In this document: positions 39,597 to 49,454 of the stretch, piece by piece
How positions within the stretch are numbered: the stretch's first letter is position 1
Layout: each line of letters begins with the position of its first letter
NCBI GenBank assembly: GCA_015059425.1
Contig: SVAM01000006.1
Span: forward strand, 14,017-78,016
Length of the DNA: 64,000 nt
Source: Bacillota bacterium
GTDB taxonomy: Bacteria; Bacillota_I; Bacilli_A; RF39; UBA660
Reading direction: 5' to 3'
Position numbers and translations under genes: made by a program
The notes under the pieces: generated by a model
Databases searched by the model: none
Told to the model about the DNA's origin: nothing
What the model saw: the letters and a program-made list of their open reading frames with translations, nothing else

Positions 39597-41678
39597 TTAC
39601 ATTTTCTTTAAGCTTTTGTGATTTTTCATTAATTTTCTAACCCCAAAATTACGAGCAAAAGCAACACTAACAAACTTATCATCAATACCTATAACAACAC
39701 CTCTACCATAGATAGTATGCATAACTATATCTCCATTCTTATATTCTACTTCATCACTAGAATACATTTCACTTTTATCTATAACTTTTTCTTCTTTTAC
39801 ACTATAGTTACTAGATTCAATAACGTCTTTATCTACTTCACTAATAAATCTAGATGGTGCATTAACAGTTGTTTTACCATAAAGCATTCTTTTCTTAGCA
39901 TTGGTTAAATAAAGTTTTTCTTTAGCTCTAGTAAACCCAACATAACATAAGCGTCTTTCTTCTTCAATTCCTTCATCACCTTCCATAAAGGCATTTTGAT
40001 GTGGAAATATTCCTTCTTCCATACCAGTAATAAATACTATAGGAAACTCTAACCCTTTAGCACTATGAAGAGTCATCAATGTTATTACTTCATCACTATC
40101 TTGATGTTCTGAAATATCTGCAATTAAACTTATTTCTTCTAAAAAATCTCCTAAATTAACAGAACCAGTACGAGCTTCAAACGAAGCAGTAATACTCTTA
40201 AATTCCATTAAGTTTTCAAGTCTTAGTTCACTATCTAAAGTTTTTTCAGCCTCTAATTCTTTTTTCATACCACTTTTATCTAGTACATAATCAATTAATT
40301 CAGTTAAAGAAAGATTTAAAGCATCATTTTGTAATTCTCTTATTAAGTTTTTAAATTCTAATTCTTTACCGGAATCTATTGCCTCAAACATAGATACATT
40401 TAAATGATTAGCAACACCTTCTAAATCTTGTACAGACTTATCACCTATTTTTCTTTTAGGAACATTTATAATTCTTCTTAAACTAATATCATCATTAGTA
40501 TTATTTATTAATCTTAAATAACACAATAAATCTTTAATTTCTTTACGGTTATAGAAATAAAAACTACCAAATACTTTATATGGGAAATTATTTTTAAGCA
40601 TAACTTCTTCTACATTTCTTGATTGCGCATTAGTTCTATAAAATATGGCAATATCTTTATAACTATAACCTTCACTTAATAATCTTTTTATTTCATCAAC
40701 AATTAAAGTTATTTCATGTTTTTCATCATAACTTCGTAAATACTTTACTTTAACGCCATCACCTAAAGTACTATAAAGTTCCATATCTTTCCGCTCTTTA
40801 TTATTTTTAATAACACTATTAGCAGCATCTAATATATTTTTAGTACTACGATAATTTTGTTCTAAAGGAATAACACATGCATCACTATAATCTTTTTCAA
40901 AGTTTAATATATTTCTAAAATTAGCCCCTCTAAAAGAATATATACTTTGATTTGCATCACCAACAACAAATATATTTTTATATTTATTTCCAATTAATTT
41001 ACTCATTTTATATTGTACTTCATTAGTATCTTGATACTCATCAATTAATATATATTTATAATGTTCTTGATATTTATCAATTATTTCTTTATTACTTTTA
41101 AATAATTTAACAGGAAGAACTAATAAATCATCAAAATCTACTGAATTGTTTCTTCTTAAAACTCTATCATACTCATGATATATTTCTATAACTTTTTGTT
41201 CAGCAGGCGTATTAAAAAATTTATCTAAATCAGCATCTGTTAGTAATTCATTTTTTATAAAACTTATTTTAGTTCTAACAAAATATGGACTAACTACTTT
41301 AGGATCAATATTTTTTTCTTTCATAATCTTTTTAATCAGACTTAAAACATCATCACTATCTATTATAGTAAAGTTTTTATCCATGCCTAAAGCATCTAAA
41401 TTTTCTCTTAATATTTTTAAACCAAAAGAGTGAAATGTACCTACAAAAACATGATTATCAGGAACTAATAAATTAAGTCTTTCTCTCATTTCTTTAGCAG
41501 CTTTATTAGTAAATGTTATAGCTAAAATATTATAATCACTTATTCCACTTTCTATTAAATGCGCTATACGTGTTGTAAGTACCTTTGTCTTACCTGACCC
41601 AGCCCCTGCAATAACTAAACAAGGCCCATCAACATGCATAACCGCTTCTTTTTGTCTATCATTTAATTTATCAAACAT
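39597..41678 (-). CDS. pcrA: ATP-dependent DNA helicase PcrA (UvrD/Rep superfamily 1)
   Basis: AGAGSGKT, ILIDEYQDTN, QNYRS, TLHSAKGLEF and YVGFTRA motifs. Confidence 0.95.
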   Translation of the reverse strand: MFDKLNDRQKEAVMHVDGPCLVIAGAGSGKTKVLTTRIAHLIESGISDYNILAITFTNKAAKEMRERLNLLVPDNHVFVGTFHSFGLKILRENLDALGMDKNFTIIDSDDVLSLIKKIMKEKNIDPKVVSPYFVRTKISFIKNELLTDADLDKFFNTPAEQKVIEIYHEYDRVLRRNNSVDFDDLLVLPVKLFKSNKEIIDKYQEHYKYILIDEYQDTNEVQYKMSKLIGNKYKNIFVVGDANQSIYSFRGANFRNILNFEKDYSDACVIPLEQNYRSTKNILDAANSVIKNNKERKDMELYSTLGDGVKVKYLRSYDEKHEITLIVDEIKRLLSEGYSYKDIAIFYRTNAQSRNVEEVMLKNNFPYKVFGSFYFYNRKEIKDLLCYLRLINNTNDDISLRRIINVPKRKIGDKSVQDLEGVANHLNVSMFEAIDSGKELEFKNLIRELQNDALNLSLTELIDYVLDKSGMKKELEAEKTLDSELRLENLMEFKSITASFEARTGSVNLGDFLEEISLIADISEHQDSDEVITLMTLHSAKGLEFPIVFITGMEEGIFPHQNAFMEGDEGIEEERRLCYVGFTRAKEKLYLTNAKKRMLYGKTTVNAPSRFISEVDKDVIESSNYSVKEEKVIDKSEMYSSDEVEYKNGDIVMHTIYGRGVVIGIDDKFVSVAFARNFGVRKLMKNHKSLKKM

Positions 41679-41723
41679 ATTATTACCACCTTACCTATAA
41701 ATTATATCAAAATTAATACATAT

Positions 41724-41749
41724 AAAAAAGTAACTTTACATAAGTTACT
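41724..41749 (-). terminator. Rho-independent terminator
   Basis: Stem agtaactt/aagttact, with a T-run on the minus strand. Confidence 0.6.
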
Positions 41750-41911
41750 TTAAAAACTATTATTAAAACACATTACAAGTATTTTATTTTAAAATTAAAT
41801 ATAGATGTATTAATTTTAAATTTAAATTGTTGTTATTTTAGAAAATTCTTTTACATTACCAATAAAATATTTTAATTTTATAATATATTTATCTAGCTTT
41901 TATATTGTAAG

Positions 41912-43303
41912 TTATTCAAGAATAACTTTATAAGGCTCTTGTATGGTTCCTAAACCAGTTAAAGGAATATTTCCTTTTAGGTTTATAACAGGACGAATAC
42001 TCATATTCATTCCGGGGGAATAATCAGCTAATTCACCATATTCAAGTAAATAACAGAAAGCCATACCATCATCATTATCATCATATTGGCATGGTGACAT
42101 TGTTCCAGTTTCCAAACCACTATATAGGTAAAAACTTCTATTACCGGTATTAGAACCAGCACTTCCGGCAAAACTTGCTTCATCGGCAGTTATTAAACCT
42201 ATAGGAGCAAATAAAAGCCCGTTCCCTATACCCGAACCTGATACGGTATATAAATAAGAATTTAAACAGCTAAATTTAGGGGTTGGATTGGTAGTATAAA
42301 GTAATCTATCATATGCACCATAGTTATAAATATAATAGCCATCCGAACCGTCTGCATATACATAACCGCTTCTATCACTACAGAAACCTGATTCTTTATC
42401 TAGATAATCATCAAAACCAGGCATTCCTATGTAATTATCATACCAATCATATAAATGATCATTTAATGTTACTGTATTTTCAAAGTTCATACATTCTTGA
42501 CTATCACACGTACCATGAAAAGTACTATCAACAGCTGCATAAGTTAATCGGGTATTTGAATCATTGTAACCATTTGCAAGAACTGTTTCTTTTCCAGCAG
42601 TATCTACATTGAACTTATCTCCACTGTATATCATTCTTATTGAACCATTTTCATTTATTCTGATTATTCTCCAATAAAAGCCTAAAAATTCAACATAATT
42701 ATCTGTAACGTTGCCACGATAGAAATACGTCTTATTTACACTTGTGTCTGTACAAGCAGTATTAGTGTTAACATCCCAGCAGTATAACCCTACTGTTTGT
42801 TCTTCACAATTGGTTACATTGCCATTGTGATCTTTATTAGTACCATTTGTACAACTTGTATTATCAAAGTTTGGAGTTCCACTTCCCATTGTACTATTTG
42901 CTAAAATTAATGATTTTGCTGTAGGTACAAAATAAAAATAACATCTTGAATTTTTTTGAATATTTGATATTACATGTTCTCCATTTGAATTAGTGTATAA
43001 TTTAACATTTTCGTCTTTTTCACCTAATACTTCACAATAACTATCAGAACTTATTGCATAATCATTTCCATTTGGCATTGCATTAATATCTTCATATTTA
43101 TTAGCGTCTGAATTAAATTGTTTTAAAGCCATTATTTTCATATCAGGTATTATATAATTTACTGTACCTTCAGAAATATTAATTGTTGTTGTTTTTTTAT
43201 AAGCTGCAAAACTTATTGCCAAAGCTATAGTAATACCTAATATAAGAAAAATTATTATATGTATCAGTAATTTTTTATTACTTTTTATTCTTTCAAATTT
43301 CAT
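41912..43303 (-). CDS. Secreted/anchored protein carrying the conserved YxYRG-VTDNY-FxGFYWRIIRIN-NGSIRMIYxGD module
   Basis: N-terminal TM/signal segment. Its C-terminal ~330 aa is paralogous to the C-terminal part of the 52439-54043 product (also shared: ESGFC.DRS, PIGLITADEA.FAG, RPVIN.K). Confidence 0.6.
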   Translation of the reverse strand: MKFERIKSNKKLLIHIIIFLILGITIALAISFAAYKKTTTINISEGTVNYIIPDMKIMALKQFNSDANKYEDINAMPNGNDYAISSDSYCEVLGEKDENVKLYTNSNGEHVISNIQKNSRCYFYFVPTAKSLILANSTMGSGTPNFDNTSCTNGTNKDHNGNVTNCEEQTVGLYCWDVNTNTACTDTSVNKTYFYRGNVTDNYVEFLGFYWRIIRINENGSIRMIYSGDKFNVDTAGKETVLANGYNDSNTRLTYAAVDSTFHGTCDSQECMNFENTVTLNDHLYDWYDNYIGMPGFDDYLDKESGFCSDRSGYVYADGSDGYYIYNYGAYDRLLYTTNPTPKFSCLNSYLYTVSGSGIGNGLLFAPIGLITADEASFAGSAGSNTGNRSFYLYSGLETGTMSPCQYDDNDDGMAFCYLLEYGELADYSPGMNMSIRPVINLKGNIPLTGLGTIQEPYKVILE

Positions 43304-43426
43304 ATTATCATCCTATTCATAATTAACTATCTTACTCTACATTTATAATATACAATAAGATGTCAAATTTTTCAAGTTATTAATTACGTATTTAAAAAAA
43401 TTTCTAAATAATTATTAGAAATTTTT

Positions 43427-44014
43427 TTATTTTCTTTTTTGATAACTTCTTATTAATTTATCACAAGAAATGTCAGGGGTCTCTTCTAGTATACTATCAA
43501 ATCTGTTTTCATCTATACAAACACCACTATTTAATACGGTAGTAGTAATTTGTTTTTTTAACATACGTTGTGCTTTTTCTAATAAATAATATTGATACAT
43601 CAATTTAAGTTCATATTCTTCATCTAGTTTTTTAAAATGTATACTATATTTCTTTTTTACAGTTGTTTCATCATCTAAATCAGTATATATATCTTTTGAA
43701 TATAGAAGTAATATTAAATCCATAGGTAATAAACTAGCAAATGCATTTCTTAGCTCATCAATATTATATAATGGTTTTAATCTATATATAGTTTCATTTT
43801 CTACCTTTATACTTTCAATATATTTTTCATATTTACTTTCATCATAAATTGGTTTAGTCCAAAAATCTTTATTGTTTAATTTAGCTATTTTTATAAGTTT
43901 ACTTTTTATATAATTAAGTTCAGACAAAGTTACAATTCTTCTTTGTTTTAAATCATTTAAAACAATAATAACAGTTGCTATAAAATCATCATAATTAATA
44001 TTTAACGTTTCCAT
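43427..44014 (-). CDS. Hypothetical cytoplasmic protein
   Basis: 195-aa ORF with no recognised motif. Confidence 0.45.
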   Translation of the reverse strand: METLNINYDDFIATVIIVLNDLKQRRIVTLSELNYIKSKLIKIAKLNNKDFWTKPIYDESKYEKYIESIKVENETIYRLKPLYNIDELRNAFASLLPMDLILLLYSKDIYTDLDDETTVKKKYSIHFKKLDEEYELKLMYQYYLLEKAQRMLKKQITTTVLNSGVCIDENRFDSILEETPDISCDKLIRSYQKRK

Positions 44015-44056
44015 TTTAACTCCTTAGATAAAAAAGATAAAGAATAATATCTTTAC

Positions 44057-46234
44057 CTATTTATCTTTCTTTTTAAATTTTTTATCTTCTTTCTTATCCT
44101 CTTTTTTATCTGGTTTTGGTAATGCTTGTTTACGAGATAAATTAAGTCTTCCACGATTATCATAACCTAGCGCTTTAACAATTATTTTGTCTCCAACACT
44201 AACTACATCTTTTGGTTTTTCAACACGTTTATAATCAAGTTCAGATACATGTACTAACCCTTCACATCCAGGCCATAATTCTACAAAGCATCCAAAATCT
44301 TCAACTTTAACAACTTTACCATTATATATAGCATTAGTTTCTACTTCACGTATAACTTCTTCAATCATCTTACGTGTTCTTTGTATAATTTCTGCATCAG
44401 TATGATATATAATTACTCTTCCATCATCTTCAATATCAACTTTAACTGCATCTTTATCATTAACAGTTTTAACGTTACTAGCCTCAAGAATAATTTTAGT
44501 AATCATTTCGCCACCACGACCAATAACATCTTTAATCTTTTCTGGATTAATTTTAAATGTATCAATTTTTGGAGCGTATTTACTTAGACTCTTACGTGGT
44601 TCTTCAATACAACCCTCCATAACATCAAGAATTTGCATACGAGCTTTTTTAGCTTGCGCTAAAGCTTCTTTTAATATTTTTTCAGTTACACCTTTAATTT
44701 TAATATCCATTTGTAAAGCACAAATACCTTTTCTAGTACCCGCTACTTTAAAGTCCATATCACCCATATGATCTTCTAAACCTTGAATATCAGTTAAAAT
44801 AGTATATTTTTTACCATTTTCAATTAATCCCATTGCTATACCTGCTACTGGAGCTTTTATTGGTACTCCTGCAGCCATTAAGCTTAAACATCCAGCACAA
44901 ATTGTAGCTTGTGAACTTGATCCATTAGACTCTAAGATTTCACTAACTACACGAATTGTATATGGGAATTCTTCTTCACTAGGTATTACTTGAGCTAAAG
45001 CTCTTTCACCTAAAGCGCCATGTCCAATTTCTCTTCTTCCTGGAGCTCCATATCTTCCTGTTTCACCTACAGAGAAAGCTGGGAAGTTATAATGTAACAT
45101 AAATCTTTTTGAATCTTCTAAACCTAAGCCATCAAGAATTTGATGTTCTCCAATAGCACCTAAAGTTGTAGTAGCTAAAGATTGAGTTTCTCCTCTTGTA
45201 AATACAGCCGAACCATGAGTACGAGGAAGTAAATCAATTTCACAAGAAAGTGGTCTAATTTCATCCATTTTTCTTCCATCAGGTCTAATTTTTTTATCAG
45301 TAATTAATTTTCTAACTTCATTAGCTTCTATTAAATGAACAATTTTTTCAACTTGTTTTAATTTTTCATCTTTATCTTCATCTTCAGCATAAACTTCTGC
45401 AAAGTTTTCTAAAGTTCTTTCTTTAACAGCATCAATAGCAGCATATTTTTCTAATTTTTCTTTAATTTGAATAGCTTGAAGCATATCTTTAGTTGCAAAT
45501 TCTTCAACAGCATTTTTAACTTCTGGATCAAATTCAGCTTTTGGAAGTTCAATTTTTTCTTCACCAATTTCAGCAATAATTTCTTGTTGGAATTTACATA
45601 ATTTTTTCAAATTATCGTGTCCAAACATTAAAGCTTCAAGCATTTCTTTTTCACTTAATTCTTGAGCTCCTGCTTCAACCATGCATATTGCATCCATAGA
45701 ACCAGCAACAGTTAAAGATAAACTACTTGCTTCTACTTGTTCTGCAGTTGGGTTAATAACTAATTCTTTACCAACTTTACCAACTACTACACCAGCAACA
45801 GGTCCATCAAAAGGTATTTTGGAAATACCTAAACATAAGCTTGTACCAAATAGTGCAGCCATTTCTGGTGAATTATCTGGATCAACTGACAACACAGTGT
45901 TAACAATTTGTATTTCTTGGCGTAAATTTTCATCAAACATAGGACGAATCGGTCTATCAATTAAACGTGCTGCAAGTGTAGCTTGATCACTTGGTCTACC
46001 TTCTCTTTTTATAAATCCTCCAGGTATTTTACCTACAGAATATAATTTTTCTTGATATAAAACTTGTAACGGAAAGAAATCTTGTCCCATAACTTCTTTA
46101 CCCATAACACAAACAGAAAGAACTACAGTATCTCCATAACGAACTAATACAGCACCATCAGTTTGTTTGGCAAGTTCTCCTGTTTCAACGATTAAATCTC
46201 TACCTAAGAAATCTAATTTAAAAACTTTTTTCAT
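44057..46234 (-). CDS. pnp: Polyribonucleotide nucleotidyltransferase (PNPase)
   Basis: Two RNase PH domains, a KH domain and an S1 domain ([15 protein letters not shown]), and a Lys-rich tail. Confidence 0.97.
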   Translation of the reverse strand: MKKVFKLDFLGRDLIVETGELAKQTDGAVLVRYGDTVVLSVCVMGKEVMGQDFFPLQVLYQEKLYSVGKIPGGFIKREGRPSDQATLAARLIDRPIRPMFDENLRQEIQIVNTVLSVDPDNSPEMAALFGTSLCLGISKIPFDGPVAGVVVGKVGKELVINPTAEQVEASSLSLTVAGSMDAICMVEAGAQELSEKEMLEALMFGHDNLKKLCKFQQEIIAEIGEEKIELPKAEFDPEVKNAVEEFATKDMLQAIQIKEKLEKYAAIDAVKERTLENFAEVYAEDEDKDEKLKQVEKIVHLIEANEVRKLITDKKIRPDGRKMDEIRPLSCEIDLLPRTHGSAVFTRGETQSLATTTLGAIGEHQILDGLGLEDSKRFMLHYNFPAFSVGETGRYGAPGRREIGHGALGERALAQVIPSEEEFPYTIRVVSEILESNGSSSQATICAGCLSLMAAGVPIKAPVAGIAMGLIENGKKYTILTDIQGLEDHMGDMDFKVAGTRKGICALQMDIKIKGVTEKILKEALAQAKKARMQILDVMEGCIEEPRKSLSKYAPKIDTFKINPEKIKDVIGRGGEMITKIILEASNVKTVNDKDAVKVDIEDDGRVIIYHTDAEIIQRTRKMIEEVIREVETNAIYNGKVVKVEDFGCFVELWPGCEGLVHVSELDYKRVEKPKDVVSVGDKIIVKALGYDNRGRLNLSRKQALPKPDKKEDKKEDKKFKKKDK

Positions 46235-46257
46235 AATACTCTCCTCTAATTTTCTAT

Positions 46258-46283
46258 AAAAAAAGACACTAAAAACATTAGTG
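46258..46283 (-). terminator. Hairpin/terminator between rpsO and pnp
   Basis: Stem cactaa/ttagtg with a T-run on the minus strand, directly after the rpsO stop codon. It sits at the classic rpsO-pnp intercistronic position. Confidence 0.55.
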
Positions 46284-46286
46284 CCC

Positions 46287-46556
46287 TTATTTTCTTAAAT
46301 TTAATTTACTAATTACATTTCTATAACTAACAACATCATTTTCTTTTAAGTAAGCAAGTAATTTTCTTCTTTTACCAACTTTCATTAAAAGTCCACGATT
46401 TGAATGATAGTCATGTTTATGAACTTTTAAATGTTCAGTTAAATCATTAATTTCATGTGTAAGAATAGCAATTTGTACTTCAGTTGAACCACAATCTTTT
46501 TCATTCTTACCAAACTCTTTAATTAATTTAGCTTTAGTTTCTTTTGTAATAGCCAT
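46287..46556 (-). CDS. rpsO: 30S ribosomal protein S15
   Basis: 89 aa with [13 protein letters not shown]...HKHD.HS.RGL. Confidence 0.97.
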   Translation of the reverse strand: MAITKETKAKLIKEFGKNEKDCGSTEVQIAILTHEINDLTEHLKVHKHDYHSNRGLLMKVGKRRKLLAYLKENDVVSYRNVISKLNLRK

Positions 46557-46688
46557 ATTTTTTCCTCCTTTTTTAATTAATCGGTTTAATCCAAGTATAA
46601 ATTTAAGGAGTAAATTTAAACCTAGAAATAAACTTCATAAGTATTATATTATATTAATTTATAAAAATCAACTTTTATTTAATCTAAA

Positions 46689-46970
46689 TTATAATTTATC
46701 ATAATGCGTCCACATTCTTAAAATGTGTATTTCATTTTTTTCTTCATCTACTTCATATACTATACGATGTTGTCTATTAATTCTTCTTGAATATAAGCCA
46801 CTTAAATCACCACTTAATTTTTCATAAGATGGTGGATAACAAAATGGATCCTTTTGCATTAAAATTAAAATATTCTTACAATTTTTATCTAATCCTGAAC
46901 TTTTTAATTTTATCTTATCTTTTAACGCTTGCTTTGAAAATTTAATAATATACTCTTTACCATTCTTCAT
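46689..46970 (-). CDS. yoeB: YoeB/Txe family mRNA interferase toxin
   Basis: LSGDLSGLYSRRIN.QHRIVYEV and a C-terminal ...MWTHY. Start set to ATG at 46970, which overlaps the antitoxin gene end. Confidence 0.85.
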   Translation of the reverse strand: MKNGKEYIIKFSKQALKDKIKLKSSGLDKNCKNILILMQKDPFCYPPSYEKLSGDLSGLYSRRINRQHRIVYEVDEEKNEIHILRMWTHYDKL

Positions 46971-47217
46971 CCGGACTAAACTCCTTAGCAGTTTCCCAAT
47001 TTTCATTTTTTCTAATATTATTTATATCCTCTACAAGGCCAGGTATGCTAGATAAAAACAAAGTTTCCTCTATATTTTTCCACTCTTCTTCTGAAATTAA
47101 AACTGCATTTTTACCTTTATTATTAACTATTGTTATAGGATTAAAACCAACATTAACATCTGCAACAAGTTGAAATAAGTTTTGTCTTGCATTTGTTATA
47201 TTTATAGTGCTCATCAT
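46957..47217 (-). CDS. yefM: Phd/YefM family antitoxin
   Basis: ITNARQNLFQLVADV......PITIVNNKGKNAVLISEEEWKNIEETL is typical of YefM. Confidence 0.88.
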   Translation of the reverse strand: MMSTINITNARQNLFQLVADVNVGFNPITIVNNKGKNAVLISEEEWKNIEETLFLSSIPGLVEDINNIRKNENWETAKEFSPDEEW

Positions 47218-47233
47218 ATCACCTCACAAACTT

Positions 47234-47262
47234 ATTATAACGTACTTTTTTGCGTACGTCAA
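47234..47262 (-). promoter_or_regulatory. yefM-yoeB promoter with embedded GTAC-core inverted repeat (putative operator)
   Basis: Minus strand reads TTGACG-17 nt-TATAAT. The inverted repeat ACGTAC/GTACGT spans the -35 element and the spacer, with its halves at 47240-47245 and 47254-47259. Confidence 0.6.
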
Positions 47263-47315
47263 GTTTTTTTTGTAACCTTTATTATTTTATGTGTTAAGTA
47301 TCTTATATATACAAA

Positions 47316-48007
47316 TTATTTAACTAACTTTAAACTATTAAAAATATCACTTTTAACTAATTCTAAAACTTCTTCAAAATCTAAATAATTATCATAAGTA
47401 TCATTTGTCATAGTATTTTTATAAAATGACACAACTTCACCTTTTTTATTTATATAAAATTCTATTTTACTTATTATTTCTTTATGCTCATTACGTATAT
47501 AAAAGTACGCTACAGCAACGTCTTCATCATAATCCTTCACTGTCTTAAATTCACTAATATAGTTATAATACGGCGTTAATAATTTTTTATTATTAATATC
47601 AAATAAAGCACAAATAGGTAATTCATCATCAATACTTTTTAAAATAAGTATATTATTATCAACAACTTGATAGTCACTAGCTAATAAATTATATCTAGTT
47701 TTTAAATCATCTTTTGGTATTAAGAAGACATAATCATCATTATCAGTTAACTTTTCTGTATACTGAATAATTATATCATTAGGAAATAAATTATACTTCT
47801 AATAAACCTTTTAGGAAATAAATCAATTATAAAATTATAATCTTCATCGACAATACCAATTAACGGTTCATCAACAATTAAATTATCATATTTCATTTTA
47901 AAATATGCATTAACAATACCAGAACCATTTTTAAATTTAACATTATTTTTAGGCAACAATATTTCATATCCTTCAAATATAGTTTTAAAGCAATTATTCA
48001 TAACCAA
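47316..48007 (-). pseudogene. Unknown gene split by a frame-disrupting 32-bp segment
   Basis: ORFs 47771-48007 and 47316-~47797 are in different frames. The downstream frame is open with no ATG until a GTG at 47540. Removing 32 bp between the 13-bp direct repeats ttaggaaataaat (47779-47791 and 47811-47823) gives one 219-aa ORF. Confidence 0.6.
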
Positions 48008-48020
48008 AACACCTCAATAA

Positions 48021-48095
48021 TGGTGCTGGAAAGAGGATTTGAACCTCCGACCTACGTATTACGAGTACGTTGCTCTACCCCTGAGCTATTCCAGC
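48021..48095 (-). tRNA. tRNA-Thr (anticodon CGT), CCA encoded
   Basis: Reverse complement GCTGGAATAGCTCAGGGGTAGAGCAACGTACTCGTAATACGTAGGTCGGAGGTTCAAATCCTCTTTCCAGCACCA. Anticodon loop CTCGTAA. Confidence 0.92.
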
Positions 48096-48137
48096 ATTAA
48101 TATTATTATAACAAGAAAAAACACTTTATTAAAGTGT

Positions 48138-48779
48138 TTATATTAATTGCGCACGCATTTTTTCTAAACTTTTCTTTTCATAACGAGATACCATTACTTG
48201 AGTCATATTAAGTTTACGCGCTACTTCTGATTGTGTTAAATCTTCATAATAACGCGATCTAATTATTTCTTGTTCACAACTATTTAAAACCTTAAAACTA
48301 TCATCTAAATCTATTTTTAAATCACTATTTATAGATTTCTTATCTGGTATAACTTCATGTAAATTAAGTTCACTCGCTTCATCATCTAAACTCATCATTA
48401 CTTGAGCACTATTTATAGCATCATTTACCATATTAATATCTAATTCTAAAAACAATGCTACTTCTTCATTAGATGGAATTCTTTTCATACGTTGGGCAAG
48501 TTCATAACGAGTTTTCTCAACCATTTTATATATTTTTAATAAATCTTTACTTATCTTTATATTACGATTACTATTTACAAGCTGATACATTTCTCCAAAT
48601 ATATAAGTATAAGCATAAGTACTAAATTTAGTTTCGCCATTATCTTTAAAGTTTTGATATGCTTTTAATAGGCCAATTACTCCTACTTGTATTAAATCTT
48701 CTTTCTCAGTATTATAAAATTTGTTTGCTATTTTTCTAATAAGTCCCATATTAGAATTTATAAGTTCATTAGTAGTCAT
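48138..48779 (-). CDS. Group 3 sigma-70 family sigma factor (SigF/SigB-type)
   Basis: Region 2 (DLIQVGVIGLLKA...F......KFSTYA...I.GE), region 3, and the region 4 HTH (LTQSEVARKLNMTQVMVSRYEKK). The start codon abuts the STAS gene stop. Confidence 0.85.
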   Translation of the reverse strand: MTTNELINSNMGLIRKIANKFYNTEKEDLIQVGVIGLLKAYQNFKDNGETKFSTYAYTYIFGEMYQLVNSNRNIKISKDLLKIYKMVEKTRYELAQRMKRIPSNEEVALFLELDINMVNDAINSAQVMMSLDDEASELNLHEVIPDKKSINSDLKIDLDDSFKVLNSCEQEIIRSRYYEDLTQSEVARKLNMTQVMVSRYEKKSLEKMRAQLI

Positions 48780-49111
48780 TATATATTAATTAAATGATTA
48801 GCCGCTAGTTCATTAGAAGCCACTTTCATTCTTACCCTTTTAATTTTATTACTAATAAAATCACTTACTTCACACAAACAAATTTTACCTTTATTGGATT
48901 TAATAGCGCATTTAGTATTTAATAAAGCATCTAATCCGCATTCGTCAATATCTTTTAAATCAAATAAATTAAAAACTAAATATTTAATTTTATGCTTTAA
49001 TACTACTGGTATTATATAATTATTAATTTTATAAGTAGCTTTTCTATCTAATACTCCATTTAATCTAACATATAAAATACCATTATTATATTCCATATCT
49101 ACTTTAAGCAT
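48779..49111 (-). CDS. STAS-domain anti-sigma-factor antagonist (SpoIIAA/RsbV-like), Cys at the phospho-Ser position
   Basis: 110 aa starting from ATG at 49111. LVFNLFDLKDIDECGLDALL aligns with the SpoIIAA segment LNLEDLSFMDSSGLGVIL. Confidence 0.7.
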   Translation of the reverse strand: MLKVDMEYNNGILYVRLNGVLDRKATYKINNYIIPVVLKHKIKYLVFNLFDLKDIDECGLDALLNTKCAIKSNKGKICLCEVSDFISNKIKRVRMKVASNELAANHLINI

Positions 49112-49204
49112 CTTATCACCTCTGCCTACTTTAATATAGAACAAATAAAATGTATTTTAAACACGTTCGACAAACTATATCAAAAGTTCTAAAAAAATGC
49201 AAAA

Positions 49205-49223
49205 TAAAAAAGCACTAAGTGCT
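49205..49223 (-). terminator. Terminator after rpsR
   Basis: Stem agcact/agtgct with a T-run on the minus strand. Confidence 0.6.
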
Positions 49224-49438
49224 TATTTTACATATGGTATTAAAGCCATAAATCTTGCATATTTAATTTGTCTTGCAATATGTCTTTGATGTTTAGCACA
49301 TGCTCCAGTCATACGTCTAGGCATGATTTTTCCTTTATCATTAATATATTTATTAATAATCATAACATCTTTATAATCAACGCTTTTACCAGCACACATT
49401 TGACAAATTTTCTTTTTCTTACGATAAAATTCTGCCAT
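49223..49438 (-). CDS. rpsR: 30S ribosomal protein S18
   Basis: 71 aa with C......DYKD...L..YI...GKI.PRR.TG.CAKHQR....IK.AR..AL.PY. Confidence 0.96.
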   Translation of the reverse strand: MAEFYRKKKKICQMCAGKSVDYKDVMIINKYINDKGKIMPRRMTGACAKHQRHIARQIKYARFMALIPYVK

Positions 49439-49454
49439 TATTTATTCCTCCTTT

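Noticed and set aside
42313-42612. Plus-strand ORF encoding a His/Tyr/Asn/Leu-rich 99-aa peptide that looks superficially unusual.
   Set aside because: It is antisense to the conserved YYRG..FYWRIIRIN module gene. The odd composition is the mirror of that gene's Asp/Tyr/Asn/Val codons. There are no start signals.
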